This document shows positions 41,026 to 45,667 of a stretch of 45,667 nucleotides of DNA, piece after piece (position 1 is the first letter of the stretch; the number at the start of each line of letters is the position of its first letter). The notes beneath the pieces were generated by a model that saw only the letters and a list, made by a program, of their open reading frames with translations, did not search any database and was not told the origin of the DNA. The stretch is from Balanoglossus misakiensis (taxonomy: Eukaryota; Animalia; Hemichordata): assembly GCA_040954595.2 (NCBI GenBank), contig JBECUI020000062.1, positions 1-45,667 of the forward strand, in the 5' to 3' direction. The position numbers and the translations under genes are program-made.

Positions 41026-42626
41026 CAAGTAAAACAGATAATAATCTGATAACGATATATGACACAACACTTCGTGATGGTGTGCAAGCAGTAGATGTGA
41101 ATTATACACTTGATGATAAGATTGCCATAGCCTTAGAGCTGGATAAGATGGCAATGGACTACATTGAAGGAGGATTCCCTTTTTCAAATGAAAAGGATAG
41201 CCAGTTCTTTGAACAAATTAAGAAGGAGAAGTTATCTCATGCAACCATTACCTCCTTTGGCAGCACCCGGAAAGCGGGTGTTATAGTTTCGGACGACCCG
41301 GGCATTCGCTGTCTGCTTGAAACAGAAACTCCGGCAATAACCATTGTAGGTAAGAGTTGGACAAAACATGTAACTGAAATACTGAAAACCACCCTAAAAG
41401 AAAATCTTGCAATGATATACGACACCGTGTACTTTCTGAAAAAAGAAAACCGGGAAGTTATCTTTGATGCAGAACATTTTTTTGACGGGTTTAAGGATGA
41501 TCCTCAGTACGCACTGCAGGTTCTTCGCACCGCTACCGATGCAGGGGCTGATTTCGTTGTTATCTGTGACACCAACGGGGGAACCCTTCCGCATGAGGTA
41601 GAAAGAATTATGAAAAAACTCATAGGAGAAAAACTTGCACCCCTTGGTGGACATTTCCATAATGACTGCGAAACTGCAGTTGCCAACAGCCTTATTGCAG
41701 TCGAACAGGGTGCAACACAGATCCAGGGCACAATAAATGGCTGGGGCGAACGGTGTGGCAATGCAAACATTTGCAGTCTCATACCCAATTTGGCATTAAA
41801 ACAGGGTCTAAAACTTTCATCTGCTAAAAATATGAAACATCTGACCTTTCTCTCTCGTTTTGTTTGTGAGAAGGCAAATATCATTCCCGACAAACGGCAA
41901 CCATTCGTTGGAGAGGCATCATTTAGTCATAAGGCAGGACAGCACGCTGATGTCATTATGAAATCCGATAACCTCATGGAACATATTAATTCCGAACAGG
42001 TCGGGAACCAACGGTATATTATTCTATCGGAACTCGCCGGTAAATCTACAATTATTGACAAGTTAAAGCCATACGGATCGTTCGAAAAATCTTCTCCGGT
42101 CGTAACCAAACTCTTTGAAACACTGAAAGAGCAAGAAAACATGGGCTATGAATACGAAGCTGCCGAAGCATCATTTGATATATTGATGCGCAAACAACTA
42201 GGACTCTACACCCCTATTACCGACCTCAAGAATTACCATCTGGAAACGTTCAAAACAGGTCTTCAGGACTCAATAACGGTTGGAAGGGCATTCTTAACGG
42301 TCAAGAACAGAGAACTGATGGGGGCAGCTGTCGGTACGGGGCCTGTGCAAGTGCTTGATGCTACCATGCGCAATGCCTTGGAAGCGGAGTACCCATTTCT
42401 TAAGAAGATACGGCTCGTTGATTACCGTGTACGCGTATTAACCCTTGATGCTCCAGTTAAGAATGCTGCAAGCAAGGTACGGGTATTGGTATGTACAACC
42501 GACCATGTACATTTTTGGAACACGGTTGGCGTACACGCAAACATTATTGAAGCATCCTGGCAGGCAATTATGGACAGCTTTGATTACTACTACAATCAAT
42601 TCATTGTGTCATATCCTAGCCCGTAG
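41022..42626 (+). CDS. cimA: (R)-citramalate synthase (LeuA-related)
   Basis: YDTTLRDGVQ, FGSTR, GKSW..H, FDAEHFFDG, CDTNGG, GERCGNAN, SELAGK, WNTVGV..NIIEASW. Confidence 0.88.
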   Translation: MTSKTDNNLITIYDTTLRDGVQAVDVNYTLDDKIAIALELDKMAMDYIEGGFPFSNEKDSQFFEQIKKEKLSHATITSFGSTRKAGVIVSDDPGIRCLLETETPAITIVGKSWTKHVTEILKTTLKENLAMIYDTVYFLKKENREVIFDAEHFFDGFKDDPQYALQVLRTATDAGADFVVICDTNGGTLPHEVERIMKKLIGEKLAPLGGHFHNDCETAVANSLIAVEQGATQIQGTINGWGERCGNANICSLIPNLALKQGLKLSSAKNMKHLTFLSRFVCEKANIIPDKRQPFVGEASFSHKAGQHADVIMKSDNLMEHINSEQVGNQRYIILSELAGKSTIIDKLKPYGSFEKSSPVVTKLFETLKEQENMGYEYEAAEASFDILMRKQLGLYTPITDLKNYHLETFKTGLQDSITVGRAFLTVKNRELMGAAVGTGPVQVLDATMRNALEAEYPFLKKIRLVDYRVRVLTLDAPVKNAASKVRVLVCTTDHVHFWNTVGVHANIIEASWQAIMDSFDYYYNQFIVSYPSP

Positions 42627-42687
42627 GGGAATCGAACCCTGTTTCGGGAATGAGAATCCCGTGTCCTAACCCCTAGACGAACGGGCC
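42617..42687 (-). tRNA. tRNA-Glu (CTC)
   Basis: Acceptor GGCCCGT/ACGGGCT, anticodon loop TTCTCAT; T-stem one G short (likely homopolymer error). Confidence 0.93.
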
Positions 42688-42689
42688 AG

Positions 42690-42760
42690 CTTCCCGGGGA
42701 GGATTTGAACCCCCACCAACAGAACCAGAATCTGTTGTGCTACCATTACACCACCAGGAA
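42690..42760 (-). tRNA. tRNA-Gln (CTG)
   Basis: Acceptor TTCCTGG/CCGGGAA, anticodon loop TTCTGGT, T-loop GTTCAAA. Confidence 0.95.
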
Positions 42761-42776
42761 AAATATTGGTAATAAT

Positions 42777-42805
42777 ATAATAACGCGAGTGCATAGCACT
42801 GTCAA
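42777..42805 (-). promoter_or_regulatory. sigma70 promoter for tRNA-Gln/tRNA-Glu
   Basis: TTGACA-17-TATTAT; the -35 box overlaps the coaD stop codon. Confidence 0.7.
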
Positions 42806-43290
42806 GCATTGGAAGGAGATATTTTCTTTTTCAGGGCATCTACCACAATTGCAGGCACCATATTGGATATGTCCCCTCCGAGGCGAGCAAGCTCCTTTAC
42901 AGTTGATGATCGGGTAACAAGATATTCAGGATGTGTCGGAAGAAATATAGTCTCTACACGGGCATTGATTGAACGGTTTATAATTGACAGATCAAACTCA
43001 TAGCCAATATCACCGGGGGATCGAATTCCACGAACAATTATACGGGCATCTACATTCTGTGCGAAATCCACAATTAAGCGCTGCCAGACATGAAATGTAA
43101 CATTCTTACAGGATGCCAAAATTTCCTGCATAAGTGCTAACCTCTCATTACTGGAGAAGGTATACTTCTTCATGGGGTTTGCAGCTATAACAACAAATAC
43201 CTCATCGAAGATGCTACTAGCTCGTTGTATGAGATCAATATGTCCGTTTGTGGGTGGGTCAAATGACCCAGGTGCTATTACACGAAGCAT
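42802..43290 (-). CDS. coaD: Phosphopantetheine adenylyltransferase
   Basis: PGSFDPPTNGH, IVRGIR, SSTVKELA..GGDIS. Confidence 0.96.
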   Translation of the reverse strand: MLRVIAPGSFDPPTNGHIDLIQRASSIFDEVFVVIAANPMKKYTFSSNERLALMQEILASCKNVTFHVWQRLIVDFAQNVDARIIVRGIRSPGDIGYEFDLSIINRSINARVETIFLPTHPEYLVTRSSTVKELARLGGDISNMVPAIVVDALKKKISPSNA

Positions 43291-43332
43291 GCCATAGTGT
43301 ATACCGATATAGAATCAATTACAAGATAGCGA

Positions 43333-43527
43333 TTAGCTTTTCTTTTTTGTTTTCTTTTTGAGATGTTTTGTAACCTTTCTTACGGTTGCATCAGTTTTAT
43401 CGCACATTTCTCGGGTAAGGATGGACGCCAAGTTATTAACCGCCGTATCGATATAGTTACTATCTCGCAAGTTAATGCGTAATTCTTTGATGCGATCATC
43501 ACTAATGTGATGTGAATTTCGTCCCAT
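43333..43527 (-). CDS. Small hypothetical protein
   Basis: ATG 4 nt after the yraN stop; helical and charged, with a basic tail. Confidence 0.55.
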   Translation of the reverse strand: MGRNSHHISDDRIKELRINLRDSNYIDTAVNNLASILTREMCDKTDATVRKVTKHLKKKTKKKS

Positions 43528-43531
43528 ACAG

Positions 43532-43897
43532 CTACTCAAATACGTTTCTAAAATGTTGTACATTCATAGTCGGTGCAAGAATAAGAATAACATCAAAGCG
43601 CAAGGGCAGGTGATTATACTGATGATGAGTAATGAGAAAGGCTTGCGCTGTTTTTTTCATGCGTTCCCGCTTCTTATTTGACATAACGTATTGCAAATCT
43701 AAGCACCGATAATACTGCCATGTTTTTACCTCTGCAAAAACAAGTACAGCATCTTCAATATATATAATATCGACTTCTCCGGCATAAGACCTGAAGTTAT
43801 TTTTAACTAGTTTGCATGATATTTTGTGTAAATATTGCCGGGCGAGTTCTTCACCCCACATTCCCAACTCATTCATAGGACATAATCTATAGCACAT
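43532..43897 (-). CDS. yraN: YraN family (UPF0102) PD-(D/E)xK protein
   Basis: G.WGEELA..YL, NFR...GEVDII, FAEVK, RFDVI; start probably 43876. Confidence 0.9.
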   Translation of the reverse strand: MCYRLCPMNELGMWGEELARQYLHKISCKLVKNNFRSYAGEVDIIYIEDAVLVFAEVKTWQYYRCLDLQYVMSNKKRERMKKTAQAFLITHHQYNHLPLRFDVILILAPTMNVQHFRNVFE

Positions 43898-43975
43898 TGG
43901 TACACAATGTACTTAGATTACAAGAAAAGAGAGAGAAAAGATTCAAAAAAAGAAAGAATTATCTCTTCTTTTTTA

Positions 43976-44311
43976 TTAATTCTTTAACTGTAGCTTTTTG
44001 CCGACTTTATCGCGAATATAGTATAGCTTAGCACGCCGTACCTTTCCATGCCGGGTAATTTCAATTTTTTCAACACGAGGAGAATGAAGCGGAAATATCC
44101 GCTCAACACCGACACCATAAGACATTTTTCGTATGGTACAGGTCTTTTTGATTCCACTGTTTTTCATTGCAATAACCAGCCCTTCAAAGAGCTGAATTCG
44201 TGCACTTTTCCCTTCGACTATGCGAAAATGAACGCATACTGTATCACCAATGTGTATCGCCCCAATGTTTTCTTTTGCTTGCTGATTTTCTATAGCAGTA
44301 ATAAGGTTCAC
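43976..44311 (-). CDS. rplS: 50S ribosomal protein L19
   Basis: GDTV.V, RIQLFEG, GVGVERIFPLHSP, VRRAKLYY; the last codons are likely frameshifted (A-run). Confidence 0.96.
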   Translation of the reverse strand: MNLITAIENQQAKENIGAIHIGDTVCVHFRIVEGKSARIQLFEGLVIAMKNSGIKKTCTIRKMSYGVGVERIFPLHSPRVEKIEITRHGKVRRAKLYYIRDKVGKKLQLKN

Positions 44312-44351
44312 AATATTTCTCCAACTATCGTAGTCTACACTTTTTTATTTC

Positions 44352-45038
44352 TTATGTCAACCCTTGTTGATAGCGTTCAAATAAATCGGGGCGTCTGCTC
44401 CGCGTACGATCGAGCCGCTGCTGGCGACGCCATAGACGAATATTTTCATGATTTCCCGAAAGAAGTACCTCCGGGACATTCATATTCCGAAATGACGCAG
44501 GACGTGTATACTGCGGATATTCCAACAGTGACTCTACGAAACTTTCTTCCGATAATGAGTCTTGGTTAATAACGCCCTTTACCAGTCTGATGACTGAATC
44601 GATAATAACGAGAGCTCCTAGTGCTCCTGAAGAAAGCACATAGTCACCGACAGATATTTCATCATGAACGTATAATTCCGTAATACGTTCGTCTACACCT
44701 TCGTAATGCCCACAAATAAATACAAGGGTTTCTTCTTGAGCAAGTTCGTGAGCAAGTTTTTGACTTAAAGGTTTCCCGGCAGGTGTTGGCAGGATTACTC
44801 TCTTGGGGTTAAATTTAATTGTGTCCATTGCCAAAGCAATGGGCTCCACCATCAAGAGCATGCCTGCCCCTCCGCCATACGGAGCATCATCACAACTATT
44901 GTACGCACCCGAAGCATAATCACGTATATTTATAACAAAAAAGTTAATAAACGCTCTGACGCCTGCCTTGGCAACTATAGAAGTGCTAAAATACTCCGTT
45001 AAAAAATCAGGAAAAAGAGAAAGAACAACTATATTCAT
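44352..45038 (-). CDS. trmD: tRNA (guanine-37-N1)-methyltransferase
   Basis: DDAPYGGGAGM, CGHYEGVDER, SVGDYVLSSG, EYPQYTRP, VLLSGNH. Confidence 0.96.
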   Translation of the reverse strand: MNIVVLSLFPDFLTEYFSTSIVAKAGVRAFINFFVINIRDYASGAYNSCDDAPYGGGAGMLLMVEPIALAMDTIKFNPKRVILPTPAGKPLSQKLAHELAQEETLVFICGHYEGVDERITELYVHDEISVGDYVLSSGALGALVIIDSVIRLVKGVINQDSLSEESFVESLLEYPQYTRPASFRNMNVPEVLLSGNHENIRLWRRQQRLDRTRSRRPDLFERYQQGLT

Positions 45039-45041
45039 TTT

Positions 45042-45271
45042 CTATTCAAGTATCCACGTTTGTTTTAATTCAACTTGATTGTGCATGAGATCAACATCTC
45101 CAATAAAATGCTCAATAAATGGAACAAATTTACTGTTAGTAGCATGTGAACATTGTATTTCAAGCAATGTACAATTACTGCTTTCAATAACAGCACAAAT
45201 AGTTCCTATACTTGTTTGATTATGTATAACATCAGCATTCACGAGATCAGCAGCATAGTATTCGTTTTTTT
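45042..45271 (-). CDS. rimM: 16S rRNA processing protein RimM, C-terminal PRC barrel only (5' part lost at the junction)
   Basis: NEYYAADLV...IG....IE...LLEI...FVPFIEHFIGDVD; directly upstream of trmD. Confidence 0.82.
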
Positions 45272-45359
45272 GAAGTGGATGGCAAATCTCTTGAAAAGAT
45301 AAAGATAATGATAAAGCGTATGAGCAAAAATAAAGCCATGGAAAGTATGAAGGGTTATC

Positions 45360-45580
45360 ATGATAAAGATACGATTAAGCGATTTGGTACTAAAATGAGA
45401 CCGTACTACAGAATTGTAGTAATGATTCCAAAGAGTCACGAAATGGTAAGACTATCTGTCCTATAAACCAGGGTTTTTTATATATCAGAGAAGGATCAGG
45501 TTCGTAAATAGATAAGTGCTCTTTGTCCGAAAGGAGCGCAAGTTACGACCCGTCCTACGCATGCTGTCAATCAATAGATG
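45360..45580 (+). pseudogene. rpsP: Indel-riddled ribosomal protein S16 sequence in inverted orientation
   Basis: With single-base fixes reads [33 protein letters not shown], later KGAQ. Confidence 0.75.
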
Positions 45581-45601
45581 TTTACCTGCGGAGGTATTGT
45601 G

Positions 45602-45667
45602 GTGGAAAAGGAACTTGTCGAGTATATAGCTCGTGCAATTGGTACAAAACCGGATGAGGTAAACGTT
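45602..45667 (+). CDS. khpA: KH-domain protein KhpA, 5' end (truncated by window)
   Basis: GGAGG RBS, GTG start, MEKELVEYIARAIGTKPDEVNV; follows rpsP. Confidence 0.75.
   Translation, partial: MEKELVEYIARAIGTKPDEVNV

Overview
Chromosomal window from a spirochaete (two FlaA sheath paralogs, two FlaB core flagellins, spirochaete-like infC-rpmI-rplT-zapB-zapA and flaB-flaG-fliD-tsaE-tsaB order). Most of it is core genome: 5' half of mfd, metXW, translation genes, the flagellar flgN-flgK-flgL-fliW-csrA operon with a sigma28-type promoter, nagZ, nnr, leuA-cimA, coaD, yraN, rplS-trmD-rimM and four tRNAs (Asn, Leu, Glu, Gln). An accessory stretch of about 13 kb lies between tRNA-Asn and tRNA-Leu. 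Its first part is an AT-rich defence islet: a Schlafen/AlbA_2 regulator gene that is internally deleted and split by a cassette with an orphan ~80-aa ORF and a palindromic back-to-back TTGACA promoter, then an McrBC-type system whose McrB has a non-E. coli N-terminal domain and a winged-helix-like insert in the GTPase domain. This islet is the best candidate for novel biology. The consensus contains many single-base homopolymer indels (leuA x3, mcrB x2, nnr, rplS, even a tRNA T-stem), so most split genes are probably sequencing errors. The last ~400 bp (ffh tail-rpsP-khpA) is inverted relative to rimM and error-rich, most likely a chimeric contig end.
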